Source of the DNA: Ruditapes philippinarum | Taxonomy: Eukaryota | Reading direction: 5' to 3' | Length of the DNA stretch: 64,000 nt | Assembly: GCF_026571515.1 (NCBI RefSeq) | Contig: NW_026865242.1 | Location: 1-64,000 of the forward strand | Shown here: positions 47,601-60,006 of the stretch, piece after piece | Layout of the letters: every line of letters begins with the position of its first letter | Numbering within the stretch: the stretch's first letter is position 1 | Made by a program: the position numbers and the translations under genes | Notes under the pieces: generated by a model | Databases searched by the model: none | What the model saw: the letters and a program-made list of their open reading frames with translations, nothing else | Told to the model about the DNA's origin: nothing

Positions 47601-50600
47601 TTTTACAAGTGTCTCATTCGATGGTGACAATCTGTCTTCTTCTGGCAGCTCACTTGCTCCAATTTTAGATATAAGTGAACCTGGTCAGTTAATGAGTCTA
47701 CTTGCCACCGGCGATGTCATTGTCATGGATATTATTCCTGAGGAAGAGGAAATTTCTGTTAACAGCAGCATCGACGCACTTTTTCTACCACCACAAATTG
47801 AAAAACGTTCAGAGTCTGTAGAAAAGCGTCGCTCTAAGCCGACAAGTCATAAATTGCTTACCAGCATAGAGGTTTTGGAGCAGAAACGGGCATTGATAGA
47901 GAAAAAATGTCAAAAAGAAAATAAAAAGGCAAAAAGGGGCCGTGCTCTGAAAAAAATTACAAAAACTGAAAAATAACTGACATTTCCATACAGTTTAATC
48001 CTGGATGAATCATAAACAGATTGATAATGAAAAAAACTTCCAAAGAGGTTGTTTTATTATTTTATAATCATACTCTTGTGGTACACTTGTATATTTAAAC
48101 TTTTACCCTGCGAGTGTTTTTGTACAAATAATTAAATTATTTGTGTATTTGATATTTAAGTCTAACAGGCATATATGAATTACTTTGTCTATAGTAATAA
48201 TTGTATTTAACGGACAAATTAATGGGAATTTATACTATAGATGTTAATATTTGAGTAAATAATACTTTAGTAAATGCACAAAATTTTTATGTTCTAACAA
48301 ATTTTTTATTGTCAATGAAATTATATATCTCGTGAATATACGTTGATGTGTTCTTTTTTCTATTTCCTATTTTTTTTAAAACGACCAATGTGTCCGTATT
48401 TTCCCTATCGCTAAGTACTATGTCCGTATTTACGTAACACCTGTCCGCATTTTCAGTACTGTGTCCGTATTTACCAATTTCTACACGGAGCATAAAAAAT
48501 ATTAATACCGCAACGTTTTGGTCCAGAAACGTATTTGTTCAAATGAAAATGACCGAGGAATATGTATTTACAAATAGTAACATCAACGAATAACAGATAA
48601 CGTAACTCTTCTGCCTATCAGAAAGCTTCTAAAGAATGTCATTCAAAATCTGTCCGTATTTACCGGGATTTACCCTACATGTGCATGGTAGTTTTTTCAA
48701 CTTTATAGAAATTTCTCTAATTTTCAAAAATGCCACATAGTTTGTCCCAATTTAAATCAGGTGCCTTTATTAAGAAATAGCTGGAAAAGGTTCTGTAAAC
48801 AGTGGAAATAGCTCCAGATTCAAAACAAGAAAATTCCTTAATATTATTAATCATCATCAATGGCAGAGAAAAATTCAACATTTTTTTATAAATTTAAAAG
48901 TCTCTTTATTGCAGGGACTGTTCTGTTCTGTTGATTTTACAATTTCATGCATTGACAGGTAGCTGTTCCAGATGTTGTTGAAGCCAGTAAGAATGCTGAT
49001 GTTCTTATATTTGTAATGCCCCACCAGTTTGTGAGGAAAACATGTCATCTTATGAAGGAACATATCAAAAAGACTGCTTTAGCTGTTTCTCTCATCAAGG
49101 TAACCTTGAAAATTTAAAATATCATTTAGGCCATCCTTAAAAAATGTTTGTTTGCAGTAACCCGACCCAGAATTTTCAAGGTGGGTAGGTAGGTCGATTT
49201 TTTTTTTTTTTAATTGAACTGTACTCCCAAATAAACATGGAATTTCAAAATGCTTGACAATATATGCTTTGATAATCTGGTAACAATTAATAAATTGATA
49301 ACTGAATTCTAATTTAATAAGACCTACATTTTATTTCTTCTATTAACCTTTAAAAGAACGAAAACAAAGCACAAGGCATAATTTTCTGATTAAAAAAAAA
49401 AAATATTTTTTATCCAGACCATGAAAAAAGATTTTGAGTAGGGGCAAATTTGTGAGTCGGTCGCGTTACTGCAAACGAACATTTTTTTAAGGATGGCCCT
49501 ATTGCAGGATGTAGAATTTAGTAAACTGTAAAAGTTTGATAATGAATAAAAATGATTAATTCATATTGTCCAAAGATGCTCTTATTGCTTTTGCTTGTTT
49601 GAAATAGAGCTGTAACATATTTTTTTAAAGACAATGTATTTCAATGTTTGATAGTAAAAGTCTTGACTAGATGTCTTGAACTCAACATGAAGTCCATGGG
49701 TTATACATGTATTAATGTTGTAACAGTATCTGTTAATCACTTGATAATATTGGTGTGTTTTCTTTTTTTGTTTGTTTTGTTTTTAGCTCGACTATTCGAA
49801 GAATATGAGAGCTATTGTAGTCGCCCCGGCGTCGGCGTCGGCGTCAGCGTCCGCGTCGGCGTCTGCGTTGGTTAAAGTTTTTTGTAAAGTCAAATATCTC
49901 AATTATTACTTGTGATATTCAATTGAAACTTACAATAGTTATTTATAGTAACAAGGTACATCAGATTGACAAGTTGGATAACTCTGCCTACAATATTGAC
50001 AGAATTATGCCCCTTTTTAACTTAGAAATTTTGGTTAAAGTTTTTTGTAAAGTCAAATATCTCAATTATTGCTTGAGATATTCAATTGAAACTTACAATA
50101 CTTATTTATAGTAACAAGGTACATCAGATTGACAAGTTTGATAACTCTGCCTACAATATTGACAGAATTATGCCCCTTTTTAACTTACAAATTTTGGTTA
50201 AAGTTTTTTGTAAAGTCAAATATCTCAATTATTGCTTGAGATATTCAATTGAAACTTACAATACTTATTTATAGTAACAAGGTACATCAGATTGACAAGT
50301 TGGATAAATCTGCCTACAATATTGACAGAATTATGCCCCTTTTTAACTTAAAAATTTTGGTTTAAGTTTTTTGTAAAGTCAAATATCTCAATTATTGCTT
50401 GAGATATTCAATTGAAACTTACACTACTTATTTATAGTAACAAGGTACATCAGATTGACAAGTTGGATAACTCTGCCTACAATATTGACAGAATAATGCC
50501 CCTTTGGAACTTAGAAATTTTGGTTAAAGGTCTTCAAAGATATTTACTTGAAACTTTACACATGCATGTAGGGTCATAATTGGAGGGTCATAATTGTATG

Positions 50601-53600
50601 TCACTGACCAAGTTCCATAACTCTATCTTGCATTAAGGCTGATTCATATCCCCTTTTCTACTTAGTCTCTTGGTTAATGTTTACATGCAAGTTTACATAT
50701 CTCAATAACTATTAAAGATATTTATTTAAAACTTCACATATGCATTTAGAGTCATAATTGTAGTTCACTGACAAAGATCCATAATTCTATCTTGCATTTA
50801 GGCTGATTTTTCTCCCCTTTTTTAACTTAGAAATTCATGGTAAAGTTTTGCTTGTAAGCTGTTATCTCAATGACTACTGAAGGGTTTTTTGCCTTTTTTG
50901 GGACAATTTAAGCATTAATAATAATAAAGCTGTGATTTACTTAATAAAACATCTTAATAACAAGCCTTTGTACCTTTTCTGTCAAATTTATGTATTCATA
51001 GGTAATTAGTATTATTATACTCAATAAAACACCCTTGTGACATTACCTTCCGAATAGTCAAGCCAATACTGTATAATTAGACTCTCTCCAAGGCCTATAA
51101 CTTGAATTTATAAAAAAAAATTAGCCCTTTTGTGAACTTAAAAAACTTAACATTATCAAGGCTCTTTTACTATCAAGCACTTAGAATAGTCGAGCGTGCT
51201 GTCCTTCGGACAGCTCTTGTTTTCTTTGCATTAACTTTTGTTGTCATTTCATAAATATTTTCTTAACAACATTGCCTTCAACAAGGAATGTATTGTACAT
51301 TACTTGGCTACAATTCAGTACTTAACAATTTTCAGACTTTCATTTAAGTGGAATGAATGACAAACAATATATGGCAATGATCATGGATATAACGAATTTG
51401 GTGTACAAAACAGACTACATGCTCATGCCATGAAAAATAGACTAAACAAATTGCAATACATAATGATTCCACCATCATTCTGTTTGCCTCTTTTTCTTCA
51501 TAATTTTCGGCACTTTTTTTCTCAACATTTCGGGAATGCCACCAATACCACTTGAATTGGGGAAAAATGTGTTGTTAAAAGTTCAAATTTGTAATTTCAG
51601 AGTAACTAATGGAAGTAACTGAACTTGTCTTGAATAAAAGAATAGTTTTTATTTTTGTTAATAGGGAATTTATGGTTTTCTAAACTAGGAAGAAAACATA
51701 AGTTTTGGCACTGGGAAAGCCTCCATTTACCATTTGTAGCTTTATATAGAAAATTAAATGACCGGTTTACAAAAAAAAAATTACTGGGTTTATAAAATCA
51801 TAATTTATTTCAGGGTTTTGATTTGCATCCTGAGACAAAAGGTAAAATAGCAATGATTTCCAATTTGATCGAGGACATTCTTGGTATAGATTGTTGTGTT
51901 TTAATGGGGGCCAATGTAGCACCAGAAGTGGCTAAAGAACAATTTTGTGAAACTACTATAGGTAAGTTTTTAATTCCATATTTATACAAAGGCTAACAAG
52001 TGCATAATATAAACTCACTGACTTCAATAACTTCATTATTTTGATTGAATATTTTATTTTATATACTCAAGACTTACGAGTATCTTTCTATCTTACAATT
52101 TAACTAGGCACCTCTTTCAAGGTTGAAAAGTTTTTTTTATGCTGGAATATATATTTGCCCTTGTCTCTCTGTCATATTGGTTAACCTGGACTGACAAAAC
52201 ATGGAACTGTTTTGTATTTTAACAATTTTAAGGTAATAATTGAGATAATAAAAAATTTAATACAATTTCTTTTTACATTCATTATAGGATGCAAAACTAA
52301 AGAGCAGGGATATCTCCTTAGGTCTATTTTTGAGAAGCCATATCTACGAGTAAAACTTTGTTTTGATATAGATACTGTAGAAATGTGTGGAGCTCTTATA
52401 GTAAGTACAACAGCGTAACTGTTACTAGATTACGGTGTAGATAATGTTATATCTCTCATTTTTTTGGAAGTATTTTGCTGTTTAAAATAGTGACTTCAAG
52501 TTTATTTGAAGAAACTTAAAGCTGTGAGACTTATGTAAGTGTTTTGTTTTATTTTGAAAAACTATAGTTATTATTTATTTGAAACTTTAGAAATGTGTGA
52601 TATACTCAACCAGTTTCAACTTGCAGATTTTATAGGACAGGATTTATAATCTTGATATCGTATCAGACTCTACCCAGTCAGTAAGAGAGTAAGTGCTATC
52701 CATGCACATTTTGAACAACACAAATTTTGTTTGTTTTATAGTATGATATAACATGAACTGTATCATCTGTCGGTGTATTACAGAACGTTATAGCTATTGG
52801 TGTGGGTATAGTTGATGGTATGCGTCAAGGTCACAATACTAAAGCAGCTGTTTTACGACTCGGTCTCATGGAGATGGTGAAGTTTGGGGAACTATTCATA
52901 CAAGGTACACACTGTATTTGATGCTATAAGATATGTATTTGTAGATTAAATTTGTTTTCTTTTTCCCTTTATTTTCTTATCTGATAAATGTCCTTTCAGT
53001 TGCTTTGCTCTCAGCAGGTTGATATTAAATTAATTTCAAAGTAAATGAATAACAATGAATAAGAAAATGTGTCTGGTAATTGTCTTTAGATTGCTATTAA
53101 TGAAAATCATTTTTCTTTAGTTTTCAAGGTTTTATTACTTTATCATTATGATGGATTTTAGATTGTCAGAAGATCACATTTTTTGAGAGTTGCGGAATGG
53201 CTGACCTTGTAGCAACATGTTATGGTGGCCGCAACAGAACATTAGGAGAAAATGTTGTCAATTCAGATAAGGTATGTTTAATTATGCCCCCGCCATGGGC
53301 AATTAGTGTTACCCTCTTCCGTCATTCCGCCATTCTGTCATTCCGTCATCATCAGTTTCCGTTCATTAGTAACTTAGTAACGGTTGCACACATTCAACTG
53401 AAATTTGACATATGGATATGTCATGAGAAAATACAGTTCAAGTTCGAATTTGGTCATGGTTTGATGATTTTTTGGCAGAGTTATGCCCCTTTTACTTTAA
53501 AATAATATGAAATTTTCAGTTTCCGTTCATTATCTCCCCAACGGTACAACACATTCAACTCAAACTTGACATATGGATATGTCATGATAAAATACAGGTC

Positions 53601-56600
53601 AAGTTCGAATTTGGTCATGGTTCGATGATTTTTGGAAGAGTTATGCCCCTTTTACTTTGAAAATAATATGAAATTTTCAGTTTCCGTTCATTATCTCCCC
53701 AACGGTACAACACATTCAACTCAAATTTGACATATGGATATGTCATGATAAAATACCAGTCAAGTTCGAATTTGGTCATGGTTAGATGATTTTTGGAAGA
53801 GTTATGCCCCTTTTACTTTGAAAATAATATGAAATTTTCAGTTTCTGTTCATAATCTTCCCAACGGTACAACACATTCAACTCAAACTTGACATATGGAT
53901 ATGTCAAAGGAATGCGCAGGTCAAGTTCAAATTTGGTCATGGTTCAATGATTTTTAGCAGAGTTATGCACCTTTCACTTTGAAAATAATATGAAATTTTC
54001 AGTTTCTGTTTATTATCTCCCCACCGGTACAACACATTCAACTCAAATTTGACATATGGATATGTTTTTGGAATGCCCAGGCCAAGTTCAAATTTGGTCA
54101 TGGTTCAATGATTTTTGGCAGAGTAAAGCCCCTTTCACTTTGAAAATAATATGAAATTTACAGTTTCTGTTCATTATCTACCCAACAGTGTTACATATTC
54201 AACTCAAATTTGACATATGGATATGTCAAAGGAATGGGCAGGTCAAGTTGGAATTTGGTCATGGTTCGATAATTATTTGGCAGAGTTATGTCCCTTTCAC
54301 TTTGAAAATATAATAGATACATCTTAGGAATAAGCAGTTTAAGTTTGAATTTGGTCGTGGTTCAATGATTTTGGACAAACTTATCTTTCTTGAATGTTGG
54401 AAAAATTTTGAACTTCCAGTTTCAGCACTCATACTTTTGTGGAAATGTATGTAGCCATTATTTTGCTACAAATATGAAATATGCTATTTTCAAAAGGTTA
54501 AGACTGAATAATTTCAGTGCCTTGAACATTGTATGGAAATGGTTTGTGTTAACATTGAAAAGTTTTAAGGGCTTTGAACTTAAAATGAAAAAAATAATTT
54601 GTGCAAACAAATTTGGAACTAAATATTATAACATCTGAAATTTTGGCTGCATGCGGGGGCATCTGTGGCATGATGACACATTTCTAGTTAGATGACATTC
54701 AAGATTTCTTACAGTGATGCTTCAGTCACATGAAGTTGTTACATAACTCATTCTGATTTGATCTACATGTCAAACCTGTTGATGAAGACACATATTTGGA
54801 ATAGTGTTCTTTGTTGTCCTTTGGTGCCGTAAGGGTGTCCATTGCCCAGTGGTTAACTTGGTTGACTTCAAACCACTTGCCCCTCACTGCTGTAGGTTCA
54901 AAACCTGACGGGGACTTTAGGTTCTTTCATGGTAGGAAGCCATCCAGCTAGCTTACAGAATGTCAGTGGTTCAACTCAGGTCCCTGTATGTGCCTGAAAT
55001 AATGCACAGAGGAGCACCTTAGGTCCTCCTCTGCCAGTAAAGCTGGAAAGTTGCAATATTACATGATTAACTGTATTGGTGCGACATAATTCCCAACCAA
55101 ACAAATATAATAAAAATAGTGTTATAGCCCTTTTGCACTAAACCTTTGATTTACTATTTGACTGTATATGTTGTAAAAGAAGCTTACATAGTCAGAGGAA
55201 TAAGCTTGTGTCCTAGTCTAATTATTAAGGTCAAATGGATAAGTTTTACTGTAGGTGAAAGTCCCTCACTGCATCATTTCTGGCAGGAGGTTGAACTCAC
55301 TGTATAATTTCCTAAAATGAAAGAATTGAAAATCTCTTGTTGAATTTGAACCTAGAGGACTGATGGACTGGTAAGTGATTTGCAAAGTCCACTAAGGCCT
55401 TAGAGGTCCCTTTCTCTTTTCTTTTCAAAATTTGAAATAAAATTTTATCATTTCAGTCTATAGATCAACTAGAAAAGGATATACTCAGAGGACAAAGTTT
55501 CCAAGGTCCTTTAGTAGCCAAAGAAATTCATGAAATTCTTGTTGAAAGAAATATAGTGGACAGGTAAGAAATTGATAAAAAAAACTTGTTTGAAATTTCA
55601 TATATAAAGTGGAATTTCCAGAATTCTAAAGATTATTGTAAGGATTATGACAAAACATGACTTATATTTTATTTGGGAGTTTAAAAACTTGAAACTTATT
55701 GGAACAAATCCCTTGTCTGCTTGCTGGAACAAACCAGTACTGATGTCATATGAGGAAACATGGCTGGGATCCCAATAGGGCTTGGACCCATGATCCCTGT
55801 GTTGATAGGCAGACACCTTAATGACTGGACCATTGCCCTTTATATTTTGGAGTGTCACATATATTCATGTGTCAATTCAAGAGATGATAAGGGATTTTTA
55901 CAACTGATTTTCATATATTTATCTCCCTTGATATGCAATTACTGTCTTAAAGTAAATTTCTTGGTACTACAGGATATGATGGTGATTATTAGTAAAGGTC
56001 AGATCTGAATTATAAGATTTAAATTCAAATTGACAATGCTCTTTTGGAAATTTTTCATTTCTAAAGCTAATGAAAGACAGAATCCTTTTTGAAAAGCAAT
56101 TCATAGCACACACTTTTATGTTTTTCTTTTAAATTGTACATTTCAGATATGTTAAAATTGATCTATTTACAAACAAATCAAACAAAATATAATTTAGATG
56201 ACCTTTCACAATAATGGTTGTCATGATTTTTTGAATTAAATGACCTCTATCACTGATGACCCCTATATTTGTGGCTTTAATCAAATATGATAAATGACCT
56301 TAAGCACTGGTGCCATTAAAATTGATAGCTTTTATTGGTTTGTACAGAATTTATTTTAGTTTGATTGTGTAGAAAGCTAATAGCTTACAGACACAAACTT
56401 AATTATTACCTCCTGAAACCAACCATTATTAAGCAATGAGTGTAAAGTTTCTTGCTCTGCTCAAGGAAAGAACAGCTTGTCCCTGATGGGGTTTGAACCA
56501 ACATGGCGAGTGATTCTTGGACTACTAATCTGATGCTTTAACTTCTTGACCATGCAGCCGAAGCTCACTTGGCCATGCCAAAAACAACAGCCATAGAAAC

Positions 56601-56910
56601 TTTTATCACTGATGAGCTTGTTATGTATGACCTATTTTTTTGTTGACCTTTATCATTGACGACCTTTGTCATAAATGACCTTCATCACTAATGACCTATA
56701 TATTGATGATGTTTGTTTTTTCAGATTTCCCCTGTTTACAGCTATTTACAAGATCTGTTATGTGTTTGTTATTTCAGATTTCCCCTGTTTACAGCTATTT
56801 ACAAGATCTGTTATGAAGATATGAAGCCTACAGAGTTTATAGACTGTCTTCGTCATCATCCCGCTCATAAATTCTCCAGAAAATCTCGCCCTTCTATTTT
56901 CTTCTATTGA
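38635..56910 (+). CDS. GPD1: Glycerol-3-phosphate dehydrogenase [NAD+], cytoplasmic family (366 aa), with catalytic Lys replaced by Ile
   Basis: join(38635..38681, 42721..42901, 48959..49099, 51814..51961, 52288..52400, 52784..52904, 53162..53271, 55457..55563, 56778..56910), all GT-AG, 1101 nt. Motifs [89 protein letters not shown]. Confidence 0.93.
39711..41130 (+). mobile_element. Helentron-associated (HINE-like) element carrying 7+ copies of a 166-bp repeat, first of a tandem pair
   Basis: subTIR CTCGACTATTCG / CGAATAGTCGAG, (GTCGGC)n microsatellite, central array with units at 39779, 39945, 40112 ... 40943, 3' hairpin CTGTC-ctcc-GACAG, TT ends. Confidence 0.88.
41129..42552 (+). mobile_element. 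Second, head-to-tail copy of the same HINE-like element
   Basis: Junction CTTG-TT-AGCTCG shares one TT. Same unit number and unit-specific variants as the first copy. Confidence 0.88.
44160..47976 (+). pseudogene. Disrupted pogo-type transposase (HTH_psq + CENP-B-like HTH + DDE_1)
   Basis: [26 protein letters not shown]|[38 protein letters not shown] (35 residues between the last two D). Lesions: TAA at codon 3 from ATG 44160, a 1963-bp insertion, and a frameshift near 47530. Confidence 0.9.
44536..46498. mobile_element. TTAA-flanked non-autonomous element (Kolobok-like GG..CC termini) nested in the transposase
   Basis: TTAA-GGTGACAACGGA ... TCTGTTGTCACC-TTAA. Removal restores GGC TTA AAG CGC (GLKR). 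Confidence 0.88.
49129..49498. mobile_element. MITE with ~40-bp TIR (PIF/Harbinger-like termini)
   Basis: GGCCATCCTTAAAAAAATGTT.GTTTGCAGTAAC.CGACC inverted at both ends. Flanks TTA / CTA. Confidence 0.8.
49783..51221 (+). mobile_element. HINE-like element carrying 163-bp tandem repeats
   Basis: TTAGCTCGACTATTCG start, (GGCGTC)n, ~4 homogeneous 163-bp units plus diverged units, end GAATAGTCGAGC..CTGTC-cttcg-GACAG-CTCTTGTT. Confidence 0.85.
53282..54688 (+). mobile_element. HINE-like element of a different family carrying ~6 copies of a 161-bp repeat
   Basis: subTIR ATGCCCCCGC / GCGGGGGCAT, TTCCGTCA microsatellite, tandem core, 3' hairpin TGTG.CA..TGACACA, end CTAGT. Confidence 0.82.
54833..55105 (+). 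mobile_element. tRNA-derived SINE, full length, in GPD1 intron 7
   Basis: Colinear with the 31950..32217 copy (A-box-like TTGCCCAGTGG, B-box-like GGTTCAAAACC, shared body). Confidence 0.8.
56709..56815 (+). repeat. 53-bp tandem duplication spanning the last GPD1 splice acceptor
   Basis: tgtttgtt.tttcag|ATTTCCCCTGTTTACAGCTATTTACAAGATCTGTTATG occurs twice, with exon starts at 56725 and 56778. Confidence 0.95.
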
Positions 56911-59900
56911 TATGTTGTGTCCGTCCATGCTATATATAGATATTTATATGTAGAAGACTTGTCCGTAGCATACAGGGTTTTGCTTCTAATTTTAGAATGG
57001 CTTTCTAAGAAGTCCTAAAGATGCGTTATTTTTTATAGCAGTGTTCTAACCAAAAAGTTTATCAGAGTTATCAAATTGTCATATTTGTGATACATTTAAT
57101 CCACCTTGAGAAGGTAAAGTTGTAAAGAGGAGATATCTAGAAGTAGAAAAATTTTATGGATATTTGGGAAAAAATCGTCATCGAAAATTGAACATTCAAA
57201 TTAATTGGTAGGAGGAATGTATAGAAATAGCATGAATAACTTTATACTTTTAAGTTTATTCTGCATCTTGGACATTCAAATAGTATCTTCATAACTAGAT
57301 ATTGTCTATTTTGTGTAAAAAATAAACTGTACAATTTGTTAAAATCTTAAAAACAACAACAGTTTAATCAATAAACATAACTCCGAACTGACAAGCATCC
57401 TATTGTTGAGATAATTGATGATGTATTTTTGAATGTTGTTAACACAAATTGCACATGCACATTATACAGTTAAAGTCTGTGTAAAACCTAATTTTGTAAT
57501 TTTTGGACAACTTTGCTGATACAGAATGTCCCATTGTTTAAAGGTAATATTATTCTGATGTTATTAATTAAGATACTGTTTCATTTACAAATAAATGTAC
57601 ATTTGTATATTTAGGTAGATTATTTTATCTATAATTAATAAAGTGATCTTTTATACACAAATGGATATGGTTTTTAAAGGTATATTTGTAAATTTATATA
57701 TTTATGTTATTGTTGACCAGTTAGTTTACATTTAAGTGTCATATTGTATAGTGCTATTGTTCCATTTATATTGGAAGGGCCTTTGTTTTTAAGGTCACTG
57801 TCCTCAAATCCCCTGCATCTCTTTCTTGTTGGTTTAAATCTCCACAGGGATATGGATTTCTTTTTTATCTATGTTAATGTACTGATTTTCCTGAACTAGT
57901 TTTGCTGAGAAGACAGCATAAGAGCTTGGAAAATATTTTGTTTTACATGAAACCAGTTACACAGCACCCCTATGCCATATTCCCTTCATGTTTCTGTTGT
58001 TATGCAAAGATCCTTAGAGTTTCAAATCTTAACTTTTATATTTTGTACATGTCTATAATGTGACTGATACATAGGCATAAATGAGATAAACAGACTTTTG
58101 TTATTTTTTCCTTTCTCAAAACCATTTTTAAAGCAATTGGTTTGTTTGAACATGTAGAAGCAAGAATGTTTGTAGCTCTATGCAAGTGTGACTTGAAGTG
58201 TAGATGGGGAAAAGAGGATTGTCTCCCTTTGTTAAGACTGAGTAAATTTAGTAAATTTGTATAATGTACTTGTCCAGCTTTGAGTGAAGAAATGCCCATT
58301 ATATTTAATTTTAAGGGTTTGAATATGAAAAAGGTACAGACAGGCTATAGAGCTTATGTGAATGCTCTGACGTGGTTTGGAACTTGGCATGGTAATGTAC
58401 ATGTATACTAGTATCATAAGTGTTAATAGCGCTTAACTGGTTAAAAAACAAGCTTGAAAGTTGAATTGAAACATGTTTGTTGAATTTGTGCTTTGTTAAG
58501 TTTAGCAAAACATGCAGTGAAAGTTGAATTGAAACATGTTAGTTGATTATTTGTTCTCTGTTAAGTTGAGCAAAACCTGTGTTAATTAAAGATAAAAATT
58601 TGCTCTCCATAGAGGTGCCACCTACATGTTAGGTCTTACCTAAGAATACTTTTACTGTTCAGTAATGAAATATAAAAAAAGTCAGAATTACTAGAATTTT
58701 GTAGGGGTTTTGAGTGTGTAAAAACAGATTTTTTATTAGCTGTTTAGAATTGAGTTTTTGTGATCACAAGATTTTCATCATTATCCACAATATCTTTAAT
58801 AATATCATTTTGTGTGAATAAATTATGTATCCAAGGTGAGCAACTCTTAGGCCATCATGACTCTAACACACTCTGATACACAAAATCTGTTGATAATAAT
58901 TATATTAGTTGACATATTATATCTAAGATGTTGATGGGTGAATCATGTTAATTTTAGATTTTATTGGTGTTATCTGCCCTTGTTTTTCAATGCCATGTTA
59001 AAACAAACTATAGGTATACTTTCACTGTTTTGTCATGTTTATATCACTTTGATAGCCTTACAAGGTTCCATTTATTTGAGCTTTTTTGCCAGAAATGTTT
59101 TCTACACACTTTTTAACAGCATTTACTTTATTTTTAACTTGTCGTGCTTAAAGAATTATTTGTTGTCTTAAGTCTGTCAGCCATGCAGCTATTTTATTTT
59201 GTGTTTTTCTTATGTCAGACCCATTTATGAATTACTGATTTAATTCTGTTACATCCGATCTGAATCAATTATTTTTAAAAGTTGCAGGTGAAGATATTTT
59301 CTGTTTTGGACAATACATTGGTAAATAACCTATTTATTTCTAAATCCAAATGAAAAGTATTGAAGCAGCACAAAATTCTAGACTACTAAATGATATATTT
59401 TTGTAAGTTGCTGTCAATGCTGTATTTCGATAGTATTTTCAATATTTTTTTCTTTTAACGACATTATATCTTGCTTGGTATGGAAAAGCTTATATGGACT
59501 CGTTCACTGTCCAATTTTAAAAAAAATATTGCCTTCTGCAGATTATATTATAGGAAATATTGGCTTGTCACAATGTAATGATTCAAAAGCAGGGATCATG
59601 TATAGGTAATTGTTATAGAATAACATATACATGTATTAATGTTTTGAAAATCATACTGCATGGTTTCCTTTTTTATCAAATTAGTATATATGAAGTATTT
59701 TCTATTTTCAATCTAGAGTATTTGTAAAGTGTATTTATAAGTATGTTTTTTTTTACTCTTTTGAATTCATAAATTTTAGTTTATTGTTTTTTGTTTTTTT
59801 TGGTGCATTTTTATGTTCCTTGTTTTTGTCATATTAAATCTACTTCCCCATTTTAAACAATTGTTGATAGATTGAAATAAATCACTTTATATTAACGGCC

Positions 59901-60006
59901 TTGTTTTTATTTGCTTGAATTTGAATTTCCTAAAAACAAAAGGTACATTGTAGATGAATACAGAGAAGCAAGACGATATAAATATAAAATAACTACACAT
60001 AAAACA

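Larger units (their letters stand above)
43319..48675 (+). mobile_element. pogo-superfamily (DD35D, Fot/Passer-like) DNA transposon in GPD1 intron 2
   Basis: TA TSD, 25-bp perfect TIR GGGTAAATCCCGGTAAATACGGACA, multiple subterminal AAATACGGACA repeats, transposase inside. Confidence 0.93.

Noticed and set aside
57000-60000. Additional gene in the region after GPD1
   Set aside because: AT-rich with no consistent exon chain or protein motifs. More likely a long 3' UTR or intergenic DNA (AATAAA near 59876).
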